Positions 1-10,044 of a stretch of DNA of 59,121 nt are shown in pieces (within the stretch, counting starts at the first letter, position 1; the number at the start of each line of letters is the position of its first letter). This stretch comes from Euryarchaeota archaeon UBA346 (GTDB lineage Archaea > Thermoplasmatota > E2 > DHVEG-1). The notes under the pieces are model-generated. The model ran no database searches. It was not told the origin of the DNA and was given only the letters and a program-made list of their open reading frames with translations. The position numbers and the translations under genes were made by a program. The DNA lies in the NCBI GenBank assembly GCA_002496355.1, contig DAJP01000050.1:1810-60930 (forward strand). The letters run 5' to 3'.

Positions 1-2628
1 GAACAGATTTATCGGACGACCTTTGAGGTTTGTCCTGTTGCGATTCTCATCCTTGACACACAACAACGGATCGTCTCCTGGAACACCTACACGGAATCTT
101 TTTTAAACAAAACAAAAGACCAGCTATCGGGACAAAAAATCAGAACCCTGCACACACCAGAGGAATGGGTGAAAATCAAACAGAAACTCGATGCCCAAAA
201 AGAATCTGAACATCGCATAGAAACAAAAATTCTCATAAACAATACCACACCAGTTGATGTCACAATCCTGTCTTTGTCACTCAAGGATAGTAGCGGAAAA
301 GACCTCGGTTCTTTATACATAATTAAAAACATCATTAAACAAGTTCGACTCGAACACCAGTTCGATTCCCTCATTCAATATACCGATGATGACATCTCCT
401 TGTTAGACACCAATTGCCAGTATCTCATGGTCAATCATCAGCTCTTATCAAACCTCGGACGATCCCGTGATGAGGTACTAGGAAAAACATTTTCTGATTT
501 CCATTCCTATGAAGAAACCAAGGATTTTACGCAGAAACTCAGCCGGGTCGTTGATACCGGGACGCCCCTGAAGGATGTTCAGTGGATCAACCACCGATGG
601 TATCTACGAACATTCAACCCAGTCAAGGATCAAACAACGGCTCAGACAACCTCGGTTCTCGTCATTTCAACTGAAATTACTGACAAAAAAATAACCGAGG
701 AGCTCGTCGTAGAAAAAGAAAAAAAATATCGAGCGTTGTTCGACATCGCACCACAAACCACCATGCTTATTGATACAAACGGTACCATCATCGATGTCAA
801 TGAACGGATCACGGAGTGGATCGGGTACTCCTCAGATGAAATCCTGCAGAAAAATCTTTTTGACTTATCCATGTTCACAAACGAATCAAGAAAATCACTG
901 AAAAAGATAGTTTCAAAGAGATACACAAACAAGAAGATCCCCGCCTTCCAAATCGAAGCACGCACAAAACATGGGGAAAAACGCACTGGAGTGGTCACTG
1001 CGACGCCCTTGCGGGATGAGCCGGGCGAGGGGAACACTTACTTGGTTATCATCTCAGATGCACCAAAACAGAGACACCGAGATGACGTCCTCCGAATTAA
1101 AGACAAAACCATAGCACTCTCAAACATCAGCACTGATGAACGAGAAAAAAGATTCCAAGTGGTGCTGGAAAACTCCCTTGACATGATCTACCAGCTGAAT
1201 CTCAAGAAAGAGACCTATGACTATATCAGTCCTTCCTCAGTAAAAATCATCGGATACACTTCTGAAGAGTTAATGTCTTTCACCCTGAAAAACATCACTG
1301 AGTACATCCATCCGGATGATATTGCCCAATGGAGCCAGCATATTCAGATGATCACAAACCATCATCAAAAAAACAACACGATTCAATCGATCGAATATCG
1401 CTTTAAACATAAATCACGAGGATACCGCTGGATCCGTGATACCTGTACGGTGCTCTTCGACCAAGAAAATGAACCTACCTCAATCATTGGTACGATAGAA
1501 GATATCACCGATCGTAGAAAAGTCTGGGAAGAACTCGTCAAATCCGAAGAGAAATATCGTATCCTTGCAGAAACATCCGCAGATGGTGTGTTTACCACAG
1601 ACTCGCTAGGAAGGCTTACCTATGTGAATCCATCGTTTGAAAAATTATGCGGACGACGAAAGAGCCAGATCCTTGCCACACCCTTCAGGAATTACCTGCT
1701 GGAAGATTCTATCTACTTCTTCCAACAAATCTTCATTGATGTCCGAAAGAAGAACGATAAAATAGAAAACGTCGAATTAGAACTCGTCTCTGGAACTGGT
1801 GATATCACTCCTATAGAGGCGAACATCGCACCATTGACCAAACAAACAGAATTTGGTGGTGTCATCTGCACCGTTCGAGACATCACCCAACGCAGAGAAA
1901 TCGAGGATGAATTGAAGAAAAACGAGCGATTGAAAACAGAGTTTATGAACATCGCTGCTCATGAATTACGATCCCCGGTCACACCCATCAAAGGATACCT
2001 GGACCTCATCATCCATGACAATGAAAGCAATCAGAAAATAAAGAATTGGGCAAAAATCAGTCTCCGGAACGCAGAGCGCTTGCTCAAACTCGTCAACGAC
2101 ATCTTAGATGTCGCACGCCTAGACAGCGATACCATGCGATTCGATATGGAGAAAATAGATCTGGTCGAATTCCTCAATGAAATCGTCGAGGACATGCGGC
2201 CAGCAATCGTGAATAAAAAACTTGAATTTCATGTGAATGTTCCCTCGCCTCTCCCTCACATTATCGGTGATAAGAACCGCTTGTCACAAGTAATGAAGAA
2301 CCTCATCGGCAATTCCCTGAAATTCACTGATTGCGGATACATCGGCTTAACGGTTGAGAAGAAAGACAATCACGTTCTCATTGCGGTCGAGGACACCGGA
2401 ATCGGGATATCAAAAGATGAGATCCGTAAAATTTTCACAAAATTCTACCAGGCATACACCGGTGAAGACAGAAACAACGAAGGCACCGGTCTAGGCTTGT
2501 TCATATCAAAAGAAATAGTAAAAAAACATAACGGAGAAATCTGGGCTGAAAGTGAAATCGGCAAAGGAAGCCGATTCATCATCCAGATCCCGTATGTCTA
2601 CAAAATGATTGTAGATTTCAAAACCTGA
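1..2628 (+). CDS. Multi-PAS sensor histidine kinase (5' end outside window)
   Basis: Frame 1 is open from base 1 (EQIYRTTFEVCPVAILILDTQQRIVSWN..., PAS-like), so the GTG at 169 in the ORF track is internal. Several PAS-like blocks are present. H-box FMNIAAHELRSPVTPIKGYLDL. HATPase_c G-boxes EDTGIGI and GTGLGLFISKEIVKKHNGEIW. Confidence 0.9.
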   Translation, partial: EQIYRTTFEVCPVAILILDTQQRIVSWNTYTESFLNKTKDQLSGQKIRTLHTPEEWVKIKQKLDAQKESEHRIETKILINNTTPVDVTILSLSLKDSSGKDLGSLYIIKNIIKQVRLEHQFDSLIQYTDDDISLLDTNCQYLMVNHQLLSNLGRSRDEVLGKTFSDFHSYEETKDFTQKLSRVVDTGTPLKDVQWINHRWYLRTFNPVKDQTTAQTTSVLVISTEITDKKITEELVVEKEKKYRALFDIAPQTTMLIDTNGTIIDVNERITEWIGYSSDEILQKNLFDLSMFTNESRKSLKKIVSKRYTNKKIPAFQIEARTKHGEKRTGVVTATPLRDEPGEGNTYLVIISDAPKQRHRDDVLRIKDKTIALSNISTDEREKRFQVVLENSLDMIYQLNLKKETYDYISPSSVKIIGYTSEELMSFTLKNITEYIHPDDIAQWSQHIQMITNHHQKNNTIQSIEYRFKHKSRGYRWIRDTCTVLFDQENEPTSIIGTIEDITDRRKVWEELVKSEEKYRILAETSADGVFTTDSLGRLTYVNPSFEKLCGRRKSQILATPFRNYLLEDSIYFFQQIFIDVRKKNDKIENVELELVSGTGDITPIEANIAPLTKQTEFGGVICTVRDITQRREIEDELKKNERLKTEFMNIAAHELRSPVTPIKGYLDLIIHDNESNQKIKNWAKISLRNAERLLKLVNDILDVARLDSDTMRFDMEKIDLVEFLNEIVEDMRPAIVNKKLEFHVNVPSPLPHIIGDKNRLSQVMKNLIGNSLKFTDCGYIGLTVEKKDNHVLIAVEDTGIGISKDEIRKIFTKFYQAYTGEDRNNEGTGLGLFISKEIVKKHNGEIWAESEIGKGSRFIIQIPYVYKMIVDFKT

Positions 2629-2634
2629 GGAACT

Positions 2635-3534
2635 ATGACCGAAATAAAAAACTCAGAAGTCATTGGTGGCATCTTACGTACCTTATACATGGTCGCAAGC
2701 AGACGAACATCACAGACCTTCGCTGCGACCGTCATCGGCGCAATCATAAAAACCCTTGAACAAAACTATGATTTTTTGCGGTATATTAACATTGAAAACC
2801 CCGAGTACACCAATTCGGAGATCGTCATCAACATCTCCAACGAAATTGACACGGTTGAGCCAACAAGAATTGGTACCGCTGTCGAGGCGATCATCAGAAT
2901 CGTCTACATGGATCTGGTCGGAAAAACAGGGTTATTCTTCATGAAAGAGTTAAAACAGCAGGCAGGGGACCAAATTATCTCAGAGCTACGAAACTATGGT
3001 GTCAACCTTGCCCTCCTCCAAACCGAACAACGCTACATGCATCGACAACATCGAAAGAAAAAACAACAGGCACAGATCAAGAGGATGGGTGAAGGTGAAC
3101 ACCGTGATGATGTCAGCCTATTGGGGTATAGTTGGAAAAACGTCGGGTCCTGGAAATATGATCCCTTGCAGAAAACCTGTGTACTCTACAGCAAAGAAGG
3201 AAAAGAACTGGACCGGCTCAATCTTGATACCATCATTGAAAGTTATGTCACGAACCTTACTGATGAATACGAGGATCCCTCGAGTGAATATGAGGAAGAA
3301 GTCCTGCTCACCGAAAAGGAAATCGAACTGCTTCGGATGCTCCATACCCGGGATATGGATGCTGAGCTTGCCTCTGTGGTCCTGCACGTCTCAAAGATTG
3401 AATTCGAGAATATTGTAAAAAAATTACTGCAAAACGAGCTGCTTCATTATGTCTCCTATAATGAGATAGAGTTGACCGAGGAGGGCATCCGTTTTCTCTC
3501 TGAAACGGAAAATGCAATACAACAAAGCACTTGA
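2635..3534 (+). CDS. Hypothetical protein with probable C-terminal winged-helix domain, co-transcribed with the histidine kinase
   Basis: ATG lies 6 nt after the kinase stop. 299 aa with no family I recognise in the N-terminal 200 aa. An acidic linker (DEYEDPSSEYEEE) is followed by a wHTH-like segment, LTEKEIELLRMLHTRDMDAELASVVLHVSKIEFENIVKKLLQNELL. Confidence 0.6.
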   Translation: MTEIKNSEVIGGILRTLYMVASRRTSQTFAATVIGAIIKTLEQNYDFLRYINIENPEYTNSEIVINISNEIDTVEPTRIGTAVEAIIRIVYMDLVGKTGLFFMKELKQQAGDQIISELRNYGVNLALLQTEQRYMHRQHRKKKQQAQIKRMGEGEHRDDVSLLGYSWKNVGSWKYDPLQKTCVLYSKEGKELDRLNLDTIIESYVTNLTDEYEDPSSEYEEEVLLTEKEIELLRMLHTRDMDAELASVVLHVSKIEFENIVKKLLQNELLHYVSYNEIELTEEGIRFLSETENAIQQST

Positions 3535-6500
3535 TCACGAGTGTTTTCCTTTCGTCAGGTTAAAAATAAAAAACTCCATTTGTCCGCTCGTCGCACTGTT
3601 CCCATCTTGGTCGTACACCTTTGTTTCAAGGGTATGTTTCATAAATGCTTGTTCGTTCCACTGCCAAAACACTGGAAATGAGGACACCTCGTCTTTCAAT
3701 GTTCCATCGACATAGAATTCTGCTTTGCTAAGATTCTCATGAGGGATCTTTATACTCACTGGTCCGACGATCACTGATTTGAAGAAGGGGAGTATCTTCT
3801 TATTCTGGATGTAGATGAAACCATCGATTGAGACGTTTTTTACCCTAAAAAGAATCAACAAGCCTCCGATTCCTCCTAGCAACACCCCCACAAAAATCGC
3901 AAGCCCAAATGTCTCTAATAAACTCTTTTGTGGCGGGGGAAGATAGGAAAAGTAAAGATAAATGACCGATGATGAAAGCGATCCTTTCCCTTGCAACGCC
4001 TGCGCATCAATATCAAAGGTGTAGGTCCCATTTTCAAGATACCCTGGCGGTGTGTAAAAATAGCTTTTCTCATCGAGCTGGATGAGCTGGGATGCGGCAT
4101 CCACCGGACCGAAGGTTGCAGACAGGATCGTCACCGGTACATTATAAATGATTTTTATGGAAGGGTGATCACTGTTGATGATCCCCCCATCAGTTGGTGT
4201 AAACGTTGCAGCTACCACTGGAAATATATTGTAAAATGAAAACTGATAGGTGACCTCTGGGTCATCAAAGACATAGATTTTGTCATTTTCCCTCCAGAAT
4301 TTATCCATGGATATTGTTCTGCCCACCGTCGTGATGATAAGCTCTGCATCAGGGTATTGATCATTGATTTCAAAATAAATCCAATGACCTTTGCTGACCG
4401 AGACAAACACCTGTGCTTGTTCGTTGACCACATCCACGATCTTGTCCTGTATGATACCAATGCTATAGGAGATCGGGTAAATAAGATCCGTCGTCGTGTT
4501 CCAGAAAAACTCTGGGATAGCATCGGAGTCAATAGAGATAAGGAACAGGATATTGTTGTTGAAATTCACTGGCTGACCATGAACCGCGGTGAGGTGATGA
4601 CCTGGGTCGACGAATGTATCTGCGATACCGTTGCCATCCGTGTCATAGCAAAAAAACTGCTCGGTGAGCTCCATCTGATATCTCATATTAATGTAGTTCA
4701 GTTGGTCCGCAGGGACCAGATGCTTATCGAGAGAAATGATCGTGACGTTCGTACTGCTTCTCCCAGTTAATCCTTGATCATCGGTGACTGTTAATGTTGC
4801 TTTATAGGTCCCGTTCGAATGATACACATGCGAAATGATGCTACCATTCCCCGTCGTTCCATCACCGAAATCCCAGAGATACTGGGAAATCGAGCCATCA
4901 AGATCAAAGCTCCTGGATCCATTAAACAAGAGGTCCTCCAGCACATAACCCTGGTAGGGTCCCCCACAATACGAGAATGGGTTTTTCGAGTTATTGGTAT
5001 TGCCTGCGATATCGGTCGCGTTGATAATACAATAGACCCTACCTGGTTTTTCCTCGATGAGGATCACTTTTTCATAGTAATTATTGCCCTTTTGGTCCAT
5101 CGTACTTTTCATTCTGTTACTCCCGTTAAACCAATATTCTAGAGAAACAGTTGATACGATAGAATCATCGGTGATTGTCGCTCCAAATGTATAGCTATTG
5201 GGTAAATCCGAAAAGGAGGACCCATATCGGCTGATCCGTATCACCGGTCGTTCGGTGTCGACGATTTTGACTTTTTTGTTCTCGGTGACCGCGTGATTAC
5301 CCCACGTGTCACACACATAGAAATGATACGTGAGATTCTGAATACTATGGGCAAGGAGAATTGTACCAACAAAATAATTACCTCGTGACAGGACCATTGT
5401 CGAATTGTTCCCTGATGTCCCATGGCTCCAAACCACATAGACCTTTAGGTCCGCTGCGGTAGCCTCAGAGGATGTCACTGTCGTGTTAAAGGTAAACGTT
5501 TTTGAGGGTTTACCGGTCGATGGTGAATTATCCTTTATAGTAGGTGGATTACCTGGTCGGATTGTAAAACTCTGATTGAGGGAATGATTCCAATTCCGAG
5601 GGTCCTTTGCAACAACGAAAAATGTGAAGTTCCCGGTTGGTGAAAATTTTTTGTTACAAAAATATGTATCCCCTGTTTTATTTTGGGTGATACTGAAATT
5701 CGAGAATTGTCCTGTGGGTGAAATGACGTTGAGATAGACTTCCTTTATCTTTGTGTTGTCTATGATGACAACAGAGAGGTTCGTTGTTTTTCCCACCGTC
5801 TGTATTAAGGGTGATACCTGTGGTGTTCCAAACTGTGGAGGGAGCGTATCAAGGAGTGGTCCTCCATCAAGATTCAATGCATAGATGGAGTAGGGTGCAT
5901 CTGCGATTCCGTCCAGGTCAGCATCTACTGCACCTTCACTTGTTTCATCGAAGTCATCCCAATAATTCCCGCAGATGGTTGTCCCCTGGATGATGTTGAT
6001 TCCGTTTGTCTCTTGGATGTTCCATTGGTTGCGCTCGATGCTCTTATCCAATGCATTATGAAGGTTGTCAGAAAAATAGTTGTTGTAAATCATATTATCT
6101 TTAGTAAAAAAATCCAGGTACATCCCATATTGGTCGTTTGAGCAGATTTGATTGTTTCGTATGACATCATTGGTTGAGTTATACATCCTGACCCCTGAGA
6201 GGGTGTTGTCATGGATGATATTATCGTAGACGGTGTTGTTATCATCAGCGGAGAGGTAGACGCCGTCTTTTTTGTTGTATGTTATGGTATTATCGTTGAT
6301 GTTGTTCGTCGATCCGATGATCATTAAACCATAATTGATATTTCCACTCACGATATTGTTGTTTATATTAAAGTTCATACTGCAGTTTTCCAGGACAATC
6401 CCTGAGTTATTATTATGGTATACACTATTGAACACAATGGTCTGATAATCACTATAATCATTGAGATAGATCCCATGGTTGCCATTATCCGAAACGTTGT

Positions 6501-7215
6501 TCATTCGTATGATGTTGTTCTGGCAGGTGCTGTTTAGGAAGATACCGCTTTGGTTGTTGTTTTGAATGTCGTTGTTATAGATGTTGATCCCATCGGATGC
6601 ATAGAGGTACACGCCGTTTTCGTTCCCCGTTACGGTATTAAAACTGATATTTGCGTTATTGTGTGATTGGTACAGTCGGATTCCATCGCCAGCGTTGTTC
6701 CTGATGATGTTATCATAGATTAGATGGTTATCCGTGTAATACAGATGAATCCCGTTGTATCCGGAAGAGATGATATTATCGGTGATAATGGAGTTCTCAC
6801 CATTGACTTGGATGATGCTGGTGCCTTCTAGGGGATTGGTGTTTGTTATCGTGAAATGACTGATATTGACGTTATCCGCATTCACCGTTATCACGGTTGT
6901 TCTATTCCCAGTTAAGATGGTATTACCTCGGTCTTCGCCGAAGAGGTCGATTCGATGATTAATGATCAGATTCTCCTCATACGTACCATTGTAGACGAAG
7001 ATCCTGTACCCATCGATGGCGTTATTCAACGCATCTTGAATATGAAGAAATGTCTCTCCTTTTCCGACATAGAGCGTTGGGGGAGAGTCAGCTTGACAAT
7101 ACTGATTAGAACCTAAAAAGCATACGCAGTTTGTGATTTGAAATATCACAATTATCACTATGAGAAACTTAGTAAGTTTCATCCCATCCGTATGCATATG
7201 TACTTGCACATGCAT
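3535..7215 (-). CDS. Large surface protein: signal peptide, right-handed beta-helix (PbH1/NosD-like) repeats, PKD domain, late TM helix
   Basis: The likely true start is the ATG at 7182 (MKLTKFLIVIIVIFQ..., signal-like). More than 10 tandem ~22-aa N/G-rich repeats of the type NNIISGNxxYGIxL. PKD signature WDFGDGTTGNGSIISHVYHSNGTYKATLTVTDDQG. One TM (LAIFVGVLLGGIGGLLILF) about 120 aa before the C-terminus. Many N-x-S/T sequons. Confidence 0.8.
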   Translation of the reverse strand: MHVQVHMHTDGMKLTKFLIVIIVIFQITNCVCFLGSNQYCQADSPPTLYVGKGETFLHIQDALNNAIDGYRIFVYNGTYEENLIINHRIDLFGEDRGNTILTGNRTTVITVNADNVNISHFTITNTNPLEGTSIIQVNGENSIITDNIISSGYNGIHLYYTDNHLIYDNIIRNNAGDGIRLYQSHNNANISFNTVTGNENGVYLYASDGINIYNNDIQNNNQSGIFLNSTCQNNIIRMNNVSDNGNHGIYLNDYSDYQTIVFNSVYHNNNSGIVLENCSMNFNINNNIVSGNINYGLMIIGSTNNINDNTITYNKKDGVYLSADDNNTVYDNIIHDNTLSGVRMYNSTNDVIRNNQICSNDQYGMYLDFFTKDNMIYNNYFSDNLHNALDKSIERNQWNIQETNGINIIQGTTICGNYWDDFDETSEGAVDADLDGIADAPYSIYALNLDGGPLLDTLPPQFGTPQVSPLIQTVGKTTNLSVVIIDNTKIKEVYLNVISPTGQFSNFSITQNKTGDTYFCNKKFSPTGNFTFFVVAKDPRNWNHSLNQSFTIRPGNPPTIKDNSPSTGKPSKTFTFNTTVTSSEATAADLKVYVVWSHGTSGNNSTMVLSRGNYFVGTILLAHSIQNLTYHFYVCDTWGNHAVTENKKVKIVDTERPVIRISRYGSSFSDLPNSYTFGATITDDSIVSTVSLEYWFNGSNRMKSTMDQKGNNYYEKVILIEEKPGRVYCIINATDIAGNTNNSKNPFSYCGGPYQGYVLEDLLFNGSRSFDLDGSISQYLWDFGDGTTGNGSIISHVYHSNGTYKATLTVTDDQGLTGRSSTNVTIISLDKHLVPADQLNYINMRYQMELTEQFFCYDTDGNGIADTFVDPGHHLTAVHGQPVNFNNNILFLISIDSDAIPEFFWNTTTDLIYPISYSIGIIQDKIVDVVNEQAQVFVSVSKGHWIYFEINDQYPDAELIITTVGRTISMDKFWRENDKIYVFDDPEVTYQFSFYNIFPVVAATFTPTDGGIINSDHPSIKIIYNVPVTILSATFGPVDAASQLIQLDEKSYFYTPPGYLENGTYTFDIDAQALQGKGSLSSSVIYLYFSYLPPPQKSLLETFGLAIFVGVLLGGIGGLLILFRVKNVSIDGFIYIQNKKILPFFKSVIVGPVSIKIPHENLSKAEFYVDGTLKDEVSSFPVFWQWNEQAFMKHTLETKVYDQDGNSATSGQMEFFIFNLTKGKHS

Positions 7216-7271
7216 ATCTGCTTATATCATAAAAATATTCCTATGAACACCGTCAGGAAACTCAGATTCTT

Positions 7272-8630
7272 TTAGCGTTCCCAGCTCATGCGCTGGTCGA
7301 GATATAACGTCCAAAATGCTCGGAGGTGTTCCCTGAGTAACTCATTCGTATCGACCACTGTTAAGTCTTTTAAAATGTCAACATCGATGTTTTTTCCAAG
7401 GCTTACTTTCTTCACTTGATCTTCTAATAAGATCCGGATGTTTGTGAACTCCCGTTCTATCTCGACGTACCAACGTTTGTCTTTTTCATAGGGTTTTGTC
7501 ACAGTCCTTGAGTTATCAATCCATTTTTTTAGGAAATCATCTGCATTTTTTTTCAATGTCGCAGGCGGACCTGAATGCACGACCGTTTTTGAAATCGTCA
7601 TTGTCTGTGGTTCAAGGATGATGTATACCTCATCCTTTTCGACAGTAAAAGTTGCATTGAGTATCGGAAATCCGTATTGTTCGCAGAGTTCCCGGATGGA
7701 ACGAACAGATTTTCTGATCTGCGGGTACAGGTTCTCCGGGATGATAATGGGTTTCGGGAACTTCACACCGATGAACTCTCTTGAGCCAATTTGTTTTTTG
7801 ATTTCCTGCAGCGTCCATGGTTGGAGGGTGTTTGGGAAAAAGAAGCTGAGGCGTGGTTTCTTTTTGTAATCCTGACATGCCTTGATCAACAGATTGAATT
7901 TTTCAAGGGAAACTGCTGAGGCGACATTCCTCTCGGGGTCAACCGGGTCGATAAAGATTAACGGAGTCGTAAAATCAGCAGGAATTCTTTTGTCAAGTGC
8001 TAGTTTCTCACCATAATTCCACTGGCAAACCTGTTCAATGAGCTGTTGGAACGTCCCGTATTTGAGGACGATGATCTCGCAGAGGTATCCAGAGAATCCT
8101 TCGATTTCCGCTTCTGCCCCGTAGCAGCCGATCCCTTTTAGGAATTGTTTGAAGAGTCGTACTTCTTTTTTCTGCGTTTCTTTCAGATGCTGTTCGATGT
8201 AGCGTGTATGAAGTGGTGTGCGATCGACCGCAGAGAGCTTCTGCGAGGCATCCTGTATCTTATAGCATGGGACCAGTTCTGTCTTATAGTCTTTGAATAT
8301 TCCACGGACATATGGGTGTTCCGCGAAGCATTCCTCTTGATGCTCCAGGATCGCTCTTCCAATCGCAAGTCCAGTCTTTTCTAGGGTTTCTCGTGGAACC
8401 GTTGGCGGGAAGCAGAGGAAAAGGTCAATGTCAACCGCGTTACGTATGAAGGTGTCTTTTGCGATAGAACCGACCAGTTCGATTTCGATGGGTATCCTGG
8501 TTTTGTTGATCTGCTTCTGTACCTCTTCTTTGAGGGAGGCGATGACGTCCTCCAGGTGTTTTTTTTCCTCAAGAGTAGGTGTTATCTTCTGGAGAACAAT
8601 GGTCTCTATCTCTTCTGAGCCGTGGATCAT
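7272..8630 (-). CDS. cca: CCA-adding enzyme (archaeal class I tRNA nucleotidyltransferase)
   Basis: 452 aa. Class I nucleotidyltransferase core LVGSIAKDTFIRNAVDIDLFLCFP and overall archaeal CCA layout. The ATG directly abuts the stop of the upstream gene (TAGATG). Confidence 0.9.
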   Translation of the reverse strand: MIHGSEEIETIVLQKITPTLEEKKHLEDVIASLKEEVQKQINKTRIPIEIELVGSIAKDTFIRNAVDIDLFLCFPPTVPRETLEKTGLAIGRAILEHQEECFAEHPYVRGIFKDYKTELVPCYKIQDASQKLSAVDRTPLHTRYIEQHLKETQKKEVRLFKQFLKGIGCYGAEAEIEGFSGYLCEIIVLKYGTFQQLIEQVCQWNYGEKLALDKRIPADFTTPLIFIDPVDPERNVASAVSLEKFNLLIKACQDYKKKPRLSFFFPNTLQPWTLQEIKKQIGSREFIGVKFPKPIIIPENLYPQIRKSVRSIRELCEQYGFPILNATFTVEKDEVYIILEPQTMTISKTVVHSGPPATLKKNADDFLKKWIDNSRTVTKPYEKDKRWYVEIEREFTNIRILLEDQVKKVSLGKNIDVDILKDLTVVDTNELLREHLRAFWTLYLDQRMSWER

Positions 8631-9377
8631 CTAGGGTTCCTTCATGAAATGTTTGACGATGGAGAACATTCCTAACGCTAGGAGAATTCCACCGATGACG
8701 TCAGTTATCCAATGAATAGCTAAATAGATAACTGCGCAGATCACACAGATGGCGCAGAAGTATGTTAGGTACAAGAATCTTTTGTTGTTGGTCCGAGAAA
8801 CTGTTTTTACAAGCAGCAAGGACATTGCGACATGAAGCGAAGGGAAGCAATTGTTGCTTGTGGTGGTCGTATAAAAGAATTGTTCTATGCTAGGGATGAC
8901 CAAGTTTAACGCTGAGGCAGATCCGTAATAATGATAGACATTGGTGATGGGGACAAAAAGATAAAATGGTAATGCAATCGCGTAGATTCCAACCAAAGAA
9001 TATGCGAATGTTTTCATCGCCTTTTTCTCGTCAACAATGATGAAATAGAGAAGAGAGAACCAGAGCAGAAACGGATACAACCCGATGTAGATAAAGACAA
9101 AAAAATAGACAAGAATCGGTGTCCAGAATTGAGTGAACCAATGGACAATCCCATCCTCGAACCCTTGGATGCTTTGAGTAAAGTTGGCATGAATCATGTT
9201 TGTGGTGATGGTATCAAGGATGTTTACCTCAAGAAGGTGAAGGATGACTACCATAAGAATAAGACAAAGTGAGATGGATTGATATCTCAGAGTCAATGTG
9301 TACTGAGTGAGTGGTTTTTTCCAGTTGTCTTTTGGAATGAGAAAGATTAGACAAATCACAAAGAGAAGGAGATTCAA
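8631..9377 (-). CDS. PAP2-superfamily integral membrane (lipid) phosphatase/phosphotransferase
   Basis: About 6 predicted TM helices. PAP2-like catalytic motifs CFPSLHVAMS and HWITDVIGG near the C-terminus. Confidence 0.6.
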   Translation of the reverse strand: MNLLLFVICLIFLIPKDNWKKPLTQYTLTLRYQSISLCLILMVVILHLLEVNILDTITTNMIHANFTQSIQGFEDGIVHWFTQFWTPILVYFFVFIYIGLYPFLLWFSLLYFIIVDEKKAMKTFAYSLVGIYAIALPFYLFVPITNVYHYYGSASALNLVIPSIEQFFYTTTTSNNCFPSLHVAMSLLLVKTVSRTNNKRFLYLTYFCAICVICAVIYLAIHWITDVIGGILLALGMFSIVKHFMKEP

Positions 9378-9420
9378 AAATGCTAAAATAATGAACCAGG
9401 TTTCTATGGTTTCACCACCG

Positions 9421-9975
9421 TCATATGTGGATTTCTCGCAAGGTAGTGTAGATCGGTCCGTTCGGTGTCAGCTCGCTTTTCTTCAATGCAATGGCGTGTA
9501 CTTCCTGGGTTGTGAATTCTGCATCCTGGTGGTGTTCTAAGGTGGTGAGGAGTTTCTCTTTATTTCTCGCTGTTCTTACTCGACCAATCGTCAAATGCGC
9601 AGAGAATCCTCTTGTTTCCTTTTTGAACCCAAGGGATGCTAAACTGGAATCAAGAGTATGTGCGATTGGTCCAATCTGGCCGTTGTCAAGGATTCCTATC
9701 CAGATGACTTTCATATAATTCTTGTTAGGGAACACCCCAGTACCTCGGAGCGTGACTGGAAATGATTTGATGGTTTTAACTGATTCTTTCATACTCTGTT
9801 CTATCGCGTCAATGAATTTTTCTTCGGTATCCCCAAGAAACTTGAGGGTGATGTGGATGTTTTCTGGTTCAACGAGTTTCACATCAGCACCTGTTTTTTT
9901 TATCTCGTTTTCAAATGCAAGTATCTGAGATGTTGAAGAGATGTCGATTGCGATGAATCCTCGAAAGAGTGTCAT
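9421..9975 (-). CDS. thpR: RNA 2',3'-cyclic phosphodiesterase (2H family, ThpR/LigT)
   Basis: 184 aa with the two H-x-T/S-x motifs of 2H phosphoesterases (HITLKFLG and HLTIGRV) at the expected spacing. Confidence 0.85.
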   Translation of the reverse strand: MTLFRGFIAIDISSTSQILAFENEIKKTGADVKLVEPENIHITLKFLGDTEEKFIDAIEQSMKESVKTIKSFPVTLRGTGVFPNKNYMKVIWIGILDNGQIGPIAHTLDSSLASLGFKKETRGFSAHLTIGRVRTARNKEKLLTTLEHHQDAEFTTQEVHAIALKKSELTPNGPIYTTLREIHI

Positions 9976-10044
9976 GGTGTCCTCCGATTGAAATCAAGAA
10001 ACAATTTCCCTCTATATAGCAGTATTTCATACTTGCGAAAAGCG

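Noticed and set aside
1-168. Apparent non-coding leader before the listed kinase start at 169
   Set aside because: Frame 1 is open from base 1 and encodes PAS-like sequence, so the gene simply continues beyond the window edge.
6000-6950. Highly repetitive AT-rich DNA that might be mistaken for a tandem repeat or CRISPR-like array
   Set aside because: The repeats are degenerate at the DNA level and in frame. They encode the Asn/Gly-rich PbH1 beta-helix coils of the surface protein. There are no identical direct repeats with unique spacers.
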